A stretch of 63,544 nt of DNA, filler included, from Octopus bimaculoides (GCF_001194135.2; 6 parts of 5 records of this genome joined end to end with filler, not necessarily neighbours in it); one strand, 5' to 3'; numbered from the whole stretch's first letter, positions 49,573 through 63,513 are shown. Notes: generated from the sequence alone by a model not told the origin. Translations and numbers: made by a program.

Positions 49573-50973
49573 CACACCTACACACACGTGTAATCATATG
49601 TGTATATATGAATGCGTGCATGATGGTGTGTGTGTGTGTGTGTGTGTATGTGTGTGTACGTGTATTGTTGACTAACGTTCTGTCATACCCCCTGTCCCAC
49701 CCCACCCAACCCCACCACCACTATGTTGTGGTAATTGTAATTTCTATCATTGTTATTGTTGTTGTCTGTTATGCTAACTGTTGTTGCTTTTGTTGTTGCG
49801 GGTTTTGTTANNNNNNNNNNNNNNNNNNNNNNNNNNNNNNNNNNNNNNNNNNNNNNNNNNNNNNNNNNNNNNNNNNNNNNNNNNNNNNNNNNNNNNNNNN
49901 NNNNNNNNNNNNNNNNNNNNNNNNNNNNNNNNNNNNNNNNNNNNNNNNNNNNNNNNNNNNNNNNNNNNNNNNNNNNNNNNNNNNNNNNNNNNNNNNNNNN
50001 NNNNNNNNNNNNNNNNNNNNNNNNNNNNNNNNNNNNNNNNNNNNNNNNNNNNNNNNNNNNNNNNNNNNNNNNNNNNNNNNNNNNNNNNNNNNNNNNNNNN
50101 NNNNNNNNNNNNNNNNNNNNNNNNNNNNNNNNNNNNNNNNNNNNNNNNNNNNNNNNNNNNNNNNNNNNNNNNNNNNNNNNNNNNNNNNNNNNNNNNNNNN
50201 NNNNNNNNNNNNNNNNNNNNNNNNNNNNNNNNNNNNNNNNNNNNNNNNNNNNNNNNNNNNNNNNNNNNNNNNNNNNNNNNNNNNNNNNNNNNNNNNNNNN
50301 NNNNNNNNNNNNNNNNNNNNNNNNNNNNNNNNNNNNNNNNNNNNNNNNNNNNNNNNNNNNNNNNNNNNNNNNNNNNNNNNNNNNNNNNNNNNNNNNNNNN
50401 NNNNNNNNNNNNNNNNNNNNNNNNNNNNNNNNNNNNNNNNNNNNNNNNNNNNNNNNNNNNNNNNNNNNNNNNNNNNNNNNNNNNNNNNNNNNNNNNNNNN
50501 NNNNNNNNNNNNNNNNNNNNNNNNNNNNNNNNNNNNNNNNNNNNNNNNNNNNNNNNNNNNNNNNNNNNNNNNNNNNNNNNNNNNNNNNNNNNNNNNNNNN
50601 NNNNNNNNNNNNNNNNNNNNNNNNNNNNNNNNNNNNNNNNNNNNNNNNNNNNNNNNNNNNNNNNNNNNNNNNNNNNNNNNCTACTACTACTACTACTACT
50701 ACTACCACTACTACTTCCCTTCTCCCTTCTCCTTTAAAGCTTTTATATTTATTCCTCACAATTTATCTCGCATCTGTCTGTCTGCCTGCCTGCCTGTCTG
50801 TCTGTTTGTCTCTTTTCCATCGTCTGTCTCTCTCTCCAAACCATCGTTCACTTCTCTTATCATTTCTCTTTCTCTTTTCTCATCTCTTCTTCTCCCCTAT
50901 GTCTCTTCATTTTCTTACAAACATGTCTGTCTGTCTCTCTCACTATCTCTCTCTTTCTCACTCTATCTATCTA

Positions 50974-51026
<53 letters not shown>

Positions 51027-51191
51027 TTATATCAAACGTCTCTCTTTTTCTTTTGTCATCTTTCTCTCATTATCATCTCTCTGCCTTTCTCTCTCATCTC
51101 TCTTTCTCTCTCTCCTATTTCTGTCTCTTTGTCATCTCACTCTCTCTCTCTCCCTTATCACATAACTGCGTCTTTTTTAACCCTTCACTGT

Positions 51192-51223
<32 letters not shown>

Positions 51224-52054
51224 NNNNNNNNNNNNNNNNNNNNNNNNNNNNNNNNNNNNNNNNNNNNTTAATTAATTAANNNNNNNNNNNNNNNNNNNNN
51301 NNNNNNNNNNNNNNNNNNNNNNNAATATGAAAATGTAACCAAATGAAATACTGGTGGAATTCTACTTCATACACGACATTTAACCCCTCATAACTTCTTT
51401 GACTTTTTAGAATTTTTAGAGAATTTTTGCGAATTTGTATTCTATACACAGGAATTCATACGATTATGCAAAAAAAAAAAATTCAGTTAGGGAGTGCGTT
51501 GTTTAAGGCCTGTTTAGCTGCTAATTTTAGTACATTTCACTACTACCTCAATACCCCCCCCCCAAAAAAAAGAGTAAACAAAACATTTTTTGCAGTTTTA
51601 AGCATTTAATATGCGTCCAATGCGATAAACAGCACGTTACAAATTAAATATTTTTCAAAATAACAAACATTTTGTTACCGAATTCGTTGAAAACGAAAGT
51701 TTGAAACGTATTCGAGTTATTTCTAGAACAAATTACAATTTTCATATCTCTTGCGCCACATCAACTCACAGAGATATTAGTCAACCATGCAACTGAATGT
51801 CACTGTATCGTTTTATACCTCACTTTACAGAGGCCATGTACACTCGACTTGTTGTGTATGAGTATGCGTCTGTGACTTACGATTGGCTGAAATTATCCAA
51901 AATTCACAAACTTTAAAAGTTAATAACTCTTTATATATTGATACATGGCAATGTTTAGCATAAAGAAACTACACCATTACACTGAATATGAAATCAATTA
52001 GAATAGAAATAGAAGAAATTGAAAAAGGGAAGCAAAATAGAAAAAATTCCTCAA

Positions 52055-52140
52055 AGGATACTTATTTTATTGACCCCGAAAGGATGAAAGGTAAAGTCAA
52101 CTTCGACGGAATTTGAACTCAGGACGTGGAGACAGACAAA
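52055..52140 (-). mobile_element. SINE family B fragment
   Basis: GACCCCGAAAGGATGAAAGGTAAAGTCAAC..GGAATTTGAACTCAG. Confidence 0.75.
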
Positions 52141-52192
52141 AGTAAAAACTATAAATAATAGCGTATAAATATTGGATAGAGGAAGTTGAAGG

Positions 52193-52262
52193 CTGCCCAT
52201 GGGAGTCGAATCTATGTCACCTATAAAACATGACTGGCGTTCTATCCTTGAGCCAAAGCCAT
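52193..52262 (-). pseudogene. tRNA-like pseudogene / SINE head
   Basis: Minus TGGCTCAAGGATAG (A-box) ... GATTCGACTCC (B-box); stems imperfect. Confidence 0.4.
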
Positions 52263-54057
52263 CTTTCGAAACTGTTGCTGTACTTAGCTGTCTCCAGGAA
52301 GTTGCTAGATTTGAACTCAGAAAATAACGGTAATCAAGAAATAAATAAATAAAGAAAGAAAGAACGGACAGACGAAATTAGAGAAGAAAGGAAAATGCAT
52401 GAGAAGGAAGAGGGGAAAGAAGAAAAAGAGGTAGTTGATAGAGCAATTTAGACATCAGCTAACCTTCACTTAATAAAGCAACATCGACAACAAAAGGCTA
52501 GGACACTTTCTACTCATCACGCACACACACACATACACTTAACACGCAAGGTAGTCATTTATAAGGTAGTGATCTTCGGCGAGGGACTGAACTCATAAAC
52601 CCCTGACAATCAATAGTCGGGACCATCAAGGTTCGTTGGATCTATGGTAGTAATAGTTTAGAATCAGTTTTCTACACCTGGCGACAGACATAGATAGCAA
52701 TTTAGTGGAGCTATTTATGTGGTAGTGGTGGTGGTGATGTCGATAGTATATATATATATATATATATATATATNNNNNNNNNNNNNNNNNNNNNNNNNNN
52801 NNNNNNNNNNNNNNNNNNNNNNNNNNNNNNNNNNNNNNNNNNNNNNNNNNNNNNNNNNNNNNNNNNNNNNNNNNNNNNNNNNNNNNNNNNNNNNNNNNNN
52901 NNNNNNNNNNNNNNNNNNNNNNNNNNNNNNNNNNNNNNNNNNNNNNNNNNNNNNNNNNNNNNNNNNNNNNNNNNNNNNNNNNNNNNNNNNNNNNNNNNNN
53001 NNNNNNNNNNNNNNNNNNNNNNNNNNNNNNNNNNNNNNNNNNNNNNNNNNNNNNNNNNNNNNNNNNNNNNNNNNNNNNNNNNNNNNNNNNNNNNNNNNNN
53101 NNNNNNNNNNNNNNNNNNNNNNNNNNNNNNNNNNNNNNNNNNNNNNNNNNNNNNAACAATTAGAAAATGGAGGATAATATGCTGAACCCAACTACTTGCA
53201 GACGGTGTATCTCGTTGAATTCATTAATTTAATTCATAGCAAAAGTGACAAAAAAAGAAAGAAAAAGAAAGAAAGAACCAAAGCACAGGTGTCTATGGCA
53301 GACTATGTTATTTTGTTAACCTGGTTTACATATAGAAGTACAAAGTACATAAGGAATTAGAGGATGAACAGAAGTTCGATATTTCACGTTTATAAATCGA
53401 GTAGTTTTTCTTCTTTTTTTCTTTTTTTACAGCGAAGAACAGTAGTTATTGTTGTTTTAGCTCGGAGGCAATACTAATCCAGCAAACCTATATGCTGGGG
53501 CCTCCTAGAAAAATTTGGCAAAGCGGAACCAAAATGCATTCGGGTCCCAGAAGGTGTTCTCTCAAATTCAAGGAGCTATCAGGTTTTACGGAAGGTCTCG
53601 GTAGATAGTTGTGGGCCTTTCTTTGGTTCTCCGGGCCTCGGACCAATGTACCGACTGAACTCTTTCTTATAGGCCCTGTTAGAATCAAAGACGTTCCACC
53701 CATGACCATTCCGTATTTCATTCACATTCTAGAACTACATTATCTAATGTGATTGTCTTTCATTCAAGATTGAAAGGTGTGATTAGATGGGGGATTCTAA
53801 TAGGTTGAGCAACCAGGTAGAGTAAAAGAAGGGAACACTCTTACCATTAGGAGTAAAACAGCAAATGGCACGAGTGATTCTCTACGTAGCTACTCGACCA
53901 GCAAAAAATAAAAACCAAATCTTTCCCAAAAGATATCCTACCGTCTTAGAAAGGCACTAATTGAATTATATGTGGTCTTAGATGAACTGAGCTCAGGAAA
54001 AGGCAGGCTGGTCATGGCCGGAATGTCTTTGATCCCAGGTCTGCTATGTCAAAGCTT

Positions 54058-54441
54058 GTTGTTGGCACTCCGTCGCTTACGACGTCGAGGGTTCCAGCTG
54101 ATCCGATCAGCGGAACAGCCTGCTCGTGAAATTAACGTGCAAGTGGCTGAGCACTCCACAGACACGTGTACTCTTAACGTAGTTCTTGGGGATATTCAGC
54201 GTGACACAGTGTGACAAGGCTGACCCTTTGAAATACAGGTACAACAGAAACAGGAAGAAAGAGTGAGAGAAAGTTGTGGTGAAAGAGTACAGCAGGGTTC
54301 GCCACCATCCCCTGCCGGAGCCTCGTGACGCTTTAGGTGTTTTCGCTCAATAAACACTCACAACGCCCGGTCTGGGAATCGAAACCGCGATCCTATGACT
54401 GCGAGTCCGCTGCCCTAACCACTGGGCCATTGCGCCTCCAC
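54058..54441 (-). mobile_element. SINE family C, well preserved
   Basis: Reverse complement of 22319-22706. Confidence 0.9.
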
Positions 54442-55924
54442 TATGTCAAAACTAACCCGAAGTCAAACAACAATAAAAACGATGACTACAACAAATACCA
54501 CCAGCAAAAACAGTAAGAACAATAACAACAACAGCAACAATATCACTAACAACAATAACAAGTGCCACTGCACATCTACATAATTGTATTTGCTGATGGT
54601 TTTAAATAACAGGATCCCAAATGTTACTTATACAAGGAAGTCTTCCTTATTGGACGAGTTCGACAAATATGACTAAACTATCAAATTCATTCAGAAATTT
54701 TCCTATCGTACCAAGTGTCGTAGGCCACTAAATTTTTTTGTTTGGTCAGCTGTGTTTGTAATCACATGAATTTGCATAGTTTCGACTACATTCCTCACGA
54801 AAAGTGTTAACCCCGTTGTTAGGAACTCGGCTCAAATCTTTAACTCTGTATTCTACAGAATTATGAAGCTGAAATTATTCATAACATCACTTTTGTTTCC
54901 CTTATTAGAATATTATAGTCCTATTTCTTGACACGTTCATCTAAGAAACTGTACTAATTTCTTACATATTTCTGAAACGTTGTTGTTGTTGTTGTTTAGA
55001 CTAGGCATGGCCAATCTTTTTCGAGAAGTGGACTGCTTGAGACACGGTTCATCATTAAGCAGGCTGCACTACTAAGAAATTCGAAGTAATGTTTCGTTAG
55101 GTGTACCATTTAAAAAGTCCCGCAGATTGCAGTTTGCTCATTGGTTCCAGATCGACCATGATTAATCTGATCTGTAATCAACAGCGTTCCAGCCGTGACA
55201 ATCTCATCTCTTTCAAGTATAATATGTATAAGACTACATTATCCAATGTATCCTTTCTTTTCTCAATCAATAACGTAAGATTTAATAGAGACTTAACTGC
55301 TATTTCTAGACGGTATGTGACAACAGAGAAGGTTGCTCTTCAGGTATTTTTACTCCTGAAACTTTCTATTGTTTTTGTTGTTGCAACTATTGTTATGGCT
55401 GGCGTTCCAGTCATGACAATCCTGTCATTTCACTCTCAGGGACTACATTACTCAACGTGTCTTTCTTTTTTCTAAGGTAGTGCGTTGTGATTTGAGAGTA
55501 ACTTGGTTGCTATTTCTAGTAGGTCGATTAACTGCGCAGGAACTTTTATGTTGGTGCGGGACCACTTTAATTGTTGTTATGATTTTTATTATTACTACTG
55601 TTTTTCTTGCTGTTTGTTGCTGTTTGCCCAGGTGACCAGTGAAAGGCCAGACCGATTATCAAGGGTGCTACAACCGTGACTTTCCCATTCTTTCCATGTC
55701 AAAGACTATATTGTCCGATGCATTCTTTCTTCCTTTCTTTAAGGCGACTTGGTAGACATTTCTAGCAAATCAAATAACTGCATAAAGGCGCCCTCTCGAG
55801 CTTGAGGTCATCTTTGCTTGATAAGTGGTAGATAGGTTGATTCTTAGAATATAAGTCATGAAGAAAATAAACCAAGAAAAAAAGCAAGTTAAATTTTGTT
55901 GGATATTTTTGAAATATATATTAC

Positions 55925-56165
55925 TCTTTTACTCTTTACTCTTTTACTTGTTTCAGTCATTTGACTGCGGCCATGCTGGAGCACCGCCTTTAGTCGAGCA
56001 AATCGACCCCAGGACTTATTCTTTGTAAGCCTAATACTTATTCTATCGCTTTTTTTTTTGCCGAACCGCTAAGTTACGGGGACGTAAACACACCACCATC
56101 GGTTGTCAAGCGATGTTGGGGGGGGGGGCAAACACAGACACACAAATACACACACACACACACAC
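55925..56165 (-). mobile_element. SINE family A 3' half (young, high identity)
   Basis: (CTCTTTTA)n tail + GACTGCGGCCATGCTGGAGCACCGCC. Confidence 0.9.
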
Positions 56166-56337
56166 ANNNNNNNNNNNNNNNNNNNNNNNNNNNNNNNNNN
56201 NNNNNNNNNNTTAATTAATTAANNNNNNNNNNNNNNNNNNNNNNNNNNNNNNNNNNNNNNNNNNNNCAATAGATAGATAGATAGATGTATATGTCAACAG
56301 ATGAGGTCCAAAGATTCTTGGTATAGCAAACAATCAG

Positions 56338-56389
<52 letters not shown>

Positions 56390-56395
<6 letters not shown>

Positions 56396-56620
56396 TATAC
56401 AGAAATGGCAATTTCTGTCTGTCGATCTGTCTGTTACTAATTTGCCTACACTAGTGAACCAATTTCGACGAAATTTTGCATACAGTTCAACTAACATCCA
56501 GTTCAATTATAGGCTAATTGGATTTCAATAAAAGTTTATAATGGTTGGTGGGATCTTATATGATAAAATGAGAAGGGTGCAAAAAGTGTTAATACGAGGG
56601 AAATGTAGTAGCATAGTGAA
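56390..56620 (+). mobile_element. Possible non-autonomous Helitron 5' end
   Basis: TC-TTATAC..GGCAATTTCTGTCTGTC..GAACCAATTTCGACGAAATTTTGCA, the usual Helitron-N 5' style. Confidence 0.4.
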
Positions 56621-57099
56621 TGTGAATGATATCAGGAAATGGGTAAACAGCGCTGTGTAAGCGGCAAATATGGAATAGCAATGGGGTGTGAAAGTTAATA
56701 CAGCTGTCATGTACACGCGACGCTGCATACATATTTTCGTAAATACATAGACAATTGCATACACACACACACATATATACATGCACAAAAGTATTTTTTT
56801 AAATGCTGAGGAAGAGAAAGAAAGGTGGGTGTAAGGAAAGAGGAGTAGATGGCTTTTCTGCTGTCCATCGCAAAGAAACACTCACACACACACATACATA
56901 CATATATACATACATACGTACATACATACGTACATACATATGTCTGCTATACAACATTTTAAACTCGTGATTACTTGTACGTTTGAAAATGTGTGTGTGT
57001 TTGTGTGTCTGTGCCAGTGTGCTTGTGCCTGTATGTCTGTGTGTCTGTGTGTGACGTCCTATAAAGTGTTTGTGTCTCTACTTTTGTAGGGTCTTCCTT

Positions 57100-57800
57100 G
57101 TGGCTCTCACTTACTGTGAAATTTTAAAATTACGTCGAAATTTTAAAATTTGGAAAATTTAAGATTTGGTTAAATCCGATTATGTTATTTATCTGTTCCA
57201 GAAAAATAGCAGAGAAATGTTACTGAGGTTTAAACATCAATTTTACCTTATCAGAAAACAGGATTTGGAAGCTGGCATTTACTGCATTATTGCTGTCTAT
57301 CACAAAATGAAAGCAAAATCATTAGGAGGAGGATTTTTTATAAAGCAAACGAAAGCAAAACATTACAACGACCAGAGTTGTGAGAACCAAAGTTTTAATG
57401 AATAAGTTCATGTGAAACGGTCGAACAGACATGTAAATAATTTAAAACGGAAAACGATCATCAACAAATTTTTTTGCGAAAAGTTGCACAAATCTGTCCT
57501 GATCAAGAGGCCTGTCTGTCGGGGAAGGCATGATCTGACATGGAATAAACAAAAAATTATATATATGTACTACGGAGTAGATGGACAGGGACAACTGAAG
57601 AAGGGAAATATTCTTTATGTAGCATGTCTCGTTTCTCTGGGTTTTTTTTCGTTGCTCGAAAAAAAGTTCGTTTTCTGTTTTCGTTTTTATGTTTTCGTTT
57701 CTCATTGTGTTTAACGTTTTTTGTGATGTCTTGTACCTATATATGCATGTATGTATACATACAGATGTAGGTATGTACATATATGTATGGATATATGCAT
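57100..57800 (+). mobile_element. Penelope-like 3' region + terminal repeat
   Basis: GGAGTAGATGGACAGGGACAACTGAAGAAGGG and tail shared with 4545-4720 and 5015-5200. Confidence 0.45.
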
Positions 57801-57821
57801 ATATTTATATATTATTTATGT

Positions 57822-57866
<45 letters not shown>

Positions 57867-58565
57867 TTGTTTTGCAAGATTTTTTATGTGAAATCGTGTG
57901 TTGAAACAGATGTTGTTGTACTTGGGGATGGTCATATTGCCAGTTTAGCCAATAAAAACACACGCACTGTATATTTGGTGTTAATTTGNNNNNNNNNNNN
58001 NNNNNNNNNNNNNNNNNNNNNNNNNNNNNNNNNNNNNNNNNNNNNNNNNNNNNNNNNNNNNNNNNNNNNNNNNNNNNNNNNNNNNNNNNNNNNNNNNNNN
58101 NNNNNNNNNNNNNNNNNNNNNNNNNNNNNNNNNNNNNNNNNNNNNNNNNNNNNNNNNNNNNNNNNNNNNNNNNNNNNNNNNNNNNNNNNNNNNNNNNNNN
58201 NNNNNNNNNNNNNNNNNNNNNNNNNNNNNNNNNNNNNNNNNNNNNNNNNNNNNNNNNNNNNNNNNNNNNNNNNNNNNNNNNNNNNNNNNNNNNNNNNNNN
58301 NNNNNNNNNNNNNNNNNNNNNNNNNNNNNNNNNNNNNNNNNNNNNNNNNNNNNNNNNNNNNNNNNNNNNNNNNNNNNNNNNNNNNNNNNNNNNNNNNNNN
58401 NNNNNNNNNNNNNNNNNNNNNNNNNNNNNNNNNNNNNNNNNNNNNNNNNNNNNNNNNNNNNNNNNNNNNNNNNNNNNNNNNNNNNNNNNNNNNNNNNNNN
58501 NNNNNNNNNNNNNNNNNNNNNNNNNNNNNNNNNNNNNNNNNNNNNNNNNNNNNNNNNNNNNNNNN

Positions 58566-58628
<63 letters not shown>

Positions 58629-59369
58629 ATATGTATATCTATCTATCTTTTCTTGATATATATAGATAAATATGAAGTTCTCATCTTCAAAGCAAAACCT
58701 AGACAAACATCTCTGTCAGCAACAACAACCCCTTATTTGATTGGGGCATGATACGACTTAACTTTAAAAAATGACTGAACAGATCACATCAGAATGTGCT
58801 ATTAAGTTAGACATGACGTGAGCCAAACTTTGGTTGAGACATCTAACTTATCTAAGTTATATATATATATATATATATAGGAAATTAGCGTATGATTTCT
58901 ACGGAATCTTATAGGCAGACAAGGGGGGTTGTGTTTAATAGACGAGCATTAATGCAAATGCGAAATCAGTCGTAATTTGCCTGCACCGGTGCTTAGGGAG
59001 CTTGTCTCCCTTATCAGCAAATAAGACGGTGCGTTATTGTGGCTATGAATTGTTTTTGACTCTTATATTTCTTGCTATACTGGTGCTGAATAGCGCCCTC
59101 AATCGCTTTATTGACGTATATAATTTTGCCTTTTGGTTGAAAAATTGCTAACAAGCCACCCTTAATATACTCAATATATTTGAATGCGAAGCGTCCAACA
59201 CTTACAGAAGCACTTCCATTCAAAATGTGCTTGTCTGCTAGTTTCTTGCTCAAATTTCACTAAGAGACCAAATTGTAACGGTCATGAAATGTTTACACGC
59301 ACACACACATACACACACATATATTTATACACACGTGTACATATATATATGTATATATCGATAAAAAGG

Positions 59370-59690
59370 GTCACTTGATTACAACGACCCCAGTGCTCAG
59401 CTAGGACTTATTTCATCGATCCGGAAGGGATGAAACAAAGTCGACCTCGGTGCAATTTGAACACAAACCGTAAAGACGAACAAAATGCCGTTAAGCATTA
59501 TGTCCTGCGTGCTAACGATTCTGCCAGCTCGCAGCCTTGCATATATTAACAATGATTTCAAATTTTGGTACCAGGGCAGCAAGTTCGCGGTATGGATATG
59601 TCGATTATATCGACCTCAGCCCGAAAGGATGAAAGGCAAAGTTGGTCTGGCGGAATTTGAACTCTGAACATGAAAATGGACGAAATGTTA
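59370..59690 (-). mobile_element. Two SINE family B copies
   Basis: Family B motifs at 59370-59530 and 59545-59690. Confidence 0.8.
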
Positions 59691-59899
59691 GCTGCCTGAG
59701 GGGTTTAGTCAAGTAGTTCGACGCAGCACCCTCTCTATTTTAGAAACATTGAAAGGAACAAAAATAAAGTGTGTTGGGTTGTGTTTCTGTTGGAAAAAAC
59801 AAGATTGGCTTATTCCATGTTCCCACTGGATGATGCTTTCGTGGTCTGTATTTGCAGATTCAGAGATGATTTGGCATAAGAAGTATTGGCAATTAGAGT

Positions 59900-60660
59900 A
59901 TGAATGAGGGTAACCTAAGTCATTGGTGTATATGAGGAAGAGTATAAAGAATACTGAGGCACGTTAAAGTGAAATAGGTTGTCAGTAGCATAGCCAGGTG
60001 AGGGTGAGTGGGGTGGTCTGTCTGGCTGACGCTTTTATGGGCTAGCAATTTCGGCTCTGCTATATAAGTGTGTATAGGTAACGTAGATGGAAATTTGGGT
60101 CGGCAAAAGTAGAGGCTATCCCAGGCAGCACACATTCTAGGTGCACCATTGTAGTGTGCGGATCGGAGAGAATTCCCTCAGTACAGGCTGCGATCAAACA
60201 GGAAGCAAACGATTCAAGGTATGCGATAGATTGAATCCACATACGGTAGGCTCGGCAGGAGATTCCTGTCATTGACAAAATCGGAAGCTTTACGGATGTC
60301 GAGAGGAAACATTGCTGATTTCACCAATATTTTCCGAAAGCGAAATTCCACATGCGAATGGCATAGGAGAGCAAGTCTACTATAGATCCATCATTACAAA
60401 AGCTCTATTGCTATTCATTAAAGAGGAAGAGCAGTTCAGTGTTGCCGTTGATAATAGCAAACGTTAATTATCGTTAAAATACTGGGAATGAGTACAATAG
60501 AAAGACAGTTAGCAGTCAGAGGGGCTGCGCTTCTTGGGAATGGAAGACACTGGAATATGTTTCCAAAGATCGGAATATAGCCAGAGAAAGAGAGAAGGGG
60601 AGGGGGAGTGATTGAAGAGCTTGGAGACTACAAGGTAGGTCTGGGGTGTATTCTTTGAGA
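59900..60660 (-). mobile_element. Degraded Jockey/I-group reverse transcriptase fragment
   Basis: KLPILSMTGISCRAYRMWIQSI..EGILSDP..ASTFADP (GI.G..L.WI.SF, PQGS.LSP and YADD-like motifs). Confidence 0.5.
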
Positions 60661-60923
60661 AATAATAAAAGAACCAGATATTTTTGCACTTATTTTGTGT
60701 GTGTGTGTGTGTGCGTGTGCGTGTGCGTGCATGTAGGCGAGCTTTGTGGAGTGGACGAGTCTAGTTTTGGTGAAATTTTACTAGTGTGTACAGTATGGAC
60801 TTTGGCGCAAACCGGGTGGTGAAGGCGAAGATCCTTTTTGCACGGGTACTGCTCACAGGGCCAGTAATGAAGACTAGAATTTAATTAAAATATCTGAGAA
60901 TTGAAACCGTATTGTAGTCCTGT

Positions 60924-60982
60924 CTTGCGGGAACGTCGTCTCTTGCGGGAACGTCGTCTCTTGCCGGAACGTCGTCTCTTGC
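60924..60982. repeat. 18-bp tandem repeat x3
   Basis: CTTGCGGGAACGTCGTCT repeated. Confidence 0.9.
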
Positions 60983-61394
60983 TTTGACATGTATGGATAT
61001 ATTGAAATCGTGCACTGAATGGTTATCAGATCAGTTCCGATAAATGAGTGTTTCAGTTGTGTTATCAACGGAACTATCTACTTTATGCACTAGATAATTC
61101 AAGTGGCCGAGTATTCCACTTATGACCATGATGTGATTATCAAGCAGTATGAGTCAATGCCAATAACTAGGCTGAGATTTAGAATTATAGGTACGGACCA
61201 TCAAGTATCAGCCTCCTCAATATTTCTCTCAAGGCCAGATTCATTAAGTCCTTAGAACAAATAAAGTATATATGAACTTTGACAGCGACAGTAAAGTACC
61301 TATCACGTACCAAACCAATCTGATACACAGCTTCATTTTCCAAAATTAAGCAATATCTTCTCAGTTAAAAATATATATCAATATATGTGCACGT

Positions 61395-61573
61395 ATGTAC
61401 GATTAAAAGGCTCGGTTTTCAACCACATCGTTTCGGGTTCAGTCCCATTGCACGGTACCTTAAGCAAATGCTTTCTACTTTAGCCTCAGGCCGACTGACG
61501 CCCCATGAGTGGATTTGTCACACAGAAGCTGTGTGGAAACCCGTCGTATGCATTAGCATATATTTGTTTACAT

Positions 61574-61619
<46 letters not shown>

Positions 61620-61862
61620 GTGTGTGTGTNNNNNNNNNNNNNNNNNNNNNNNNNNNNNNNNNNNNNNNNNNNNTTAATTAATTAANNNNNNNNNNNNNNN
61701 NNNNNNNNNNNNNNNNNNNNNNNNNNNNNTGTGATTGTGGCGTATGCCTGTGCGTGTGTGTGTGTGTCTGCATTTGTCCCCCACCATCGCTTGACAACCG
61801 AGGCTGGTGTACTTACGTCCCCGTAACGTAGCGGTTCGGCAAATAAAAACGATAGAATAAGC
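61395..61862 (+). mobile_element. SINE family A spanning a scaffold spacer in its internal (TG)n
   Basis: 5' half 61395-61555, 3' half 61760-61862. Confidence 0.75.
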
Positions 61863-62445
61863 CATGTGTGCATGTATGCATACAAGTATATCAAGTGCGC
61901 GTGCGTGTGTGTACGCGCGCGTGTTTATGTGTCTGTGTGTATTACGTAAAAACAATAGGGATTTGGAATCCGGGCAGATACCTTATTAGCACTTTGATAT
62001 AATCCAGATCTGGCTAACCACATCGAATGATTAGGAACATACAGAATTGTTTAAAATAAACAATTACAGAGTACTTCATCCAATGGGTAAATCTTGAGTT
62101 CGCTTCATTGGATTTCATACACCAAACATGAATATAATCAAGACATCATAGAAAAGAAGGGTGACTTATACATCTTCAAAATTGATTTATTACAGCATTG
62201 TTCCCATTAAATTCCAGTCCGACACGTGCTTCTGTTGGATAAGGGCCATAATGTCCTTTAATGTTGCATTTATGCGCATTTAGTTGATTCATTAGTAATA
62301 CATATTCTTCCAAGGTAGACGTTACTACGCAGCTTTGCTCAAGGTTCAACTCATGCCGATGGGTGAAACGAGCAGTGAAGGTTTCACCCATGCGGGTGGG
62401 TGAAGCAAACAGTCACATAGGTAAAACCTTGAACAAAATTGTAGA

Positions 62446-62573
62446 GCAGTGATTCTCAACCAGGGTCCATATGGCCCCTGGAGATCCATTTAAGATTTTG
62501 TTGTTAAAATTTATCTGCAATAAATTGCTTATACTTTCTACAATACACAAAATATTTTGATATTTTTATACAT
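62446..62573. mobile_element. hAT (Charlie-like) end fragment
   Basis: TAGAG-CAGTGATTCTCAACC terminus. Confidence 0.5.
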
Positions 62574-62960
62574 AGGCGTAGGAGTGGCTGTGTGGTAAGT
62601 AGCTTGCTTACCAACCACATGGTTCCGGGTTCAGTCCCACTGCGTGGCACCTTGGGCAAGTGTCTTCTACTATAGCTTCGGGCCGACCAAGGCCTTGTGA
62701 GTGGATTTGGTAGACGGAAACTGAAAGAAGCCCGTCGTATATATGCATATGTATATATATGTGTGTGTGTGTATGTTTGTGTTTCTGTATTTGTCCCCCC
62801 AACATCGCTTGACAACCGATACTGGTGTGTTTACGTCCCCGTCACTAGGCTTACAAAGAATAAATCCTGGGGTCGATTTGTTCGACTAAAAGGCGGTGCT
62901 CCAGCATGGCCACAGTCAAATGACTGAAACAAGGAAAAGAGTAAAAGAGTAAAAGAGTAA
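62574..62960 (+). mobile_element. SINE family A, near-intact young copy
   Basis: Complete head GGCGTAGGAGTGGCTGTGTGGTAAGTAGC to (TAAAAGAG)n tail. Confidence 0.92.
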
Positions 62961-63411
62961 TTCCTAATAATATTTGATCATAAAGGATTTTTTAAACATC
63001 GAATGGCTGTGGGGATCCACCCGAGTCAAACAGGAATCAAAGAGGTCCAGACGAAAAGAAAAAAAAAAGTTGAATATGTATAGACACTGAATGAACTAAA
63101 TGTGCATATATGCTACATCAAAGGACATTACTTATCCTGAAGAAACACGTGTCGGATTGGAATTTACAGAGGATGCTGCTGCAATAAACAAATTTTTGAA
63201 GACGTCTAATTCCCTATTCTTTTTTATGATGTATACATACATACTCAAACACACACACATACATTTTACGATACCATTTTGATCGAATTTCTACCTCCCC
63301 CCTTTTTACCTTCTTCTCTTCCCAAAAAGAAAAGCTCTACTTTGTATTTTGTCCCCTCTGTGTTCAGCCCTGTATGGCCAATAAAGAAACATATCTATCT
63401 ATCTATCTATC

Positions 63412-63443
<32 letters not shown>

Positions 63444-63481
63444 TAGGTTTTCGGTGCGAATACACACACACGCACACTCGC

Positions 63482-63513
<32 letters not shown>

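Larger units (their letters stand above)
62135..63235. repeat. Inverted repeat, ~165-bp arms (62135-62300 / 63070-63235), with nested hAT fragment and SINE
   Basis: AAAGGACATTA..TTATCC..AGAA.CACGTGTCGGA.TGGAATTTA in opposite orientations. Confidence 0.7.
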
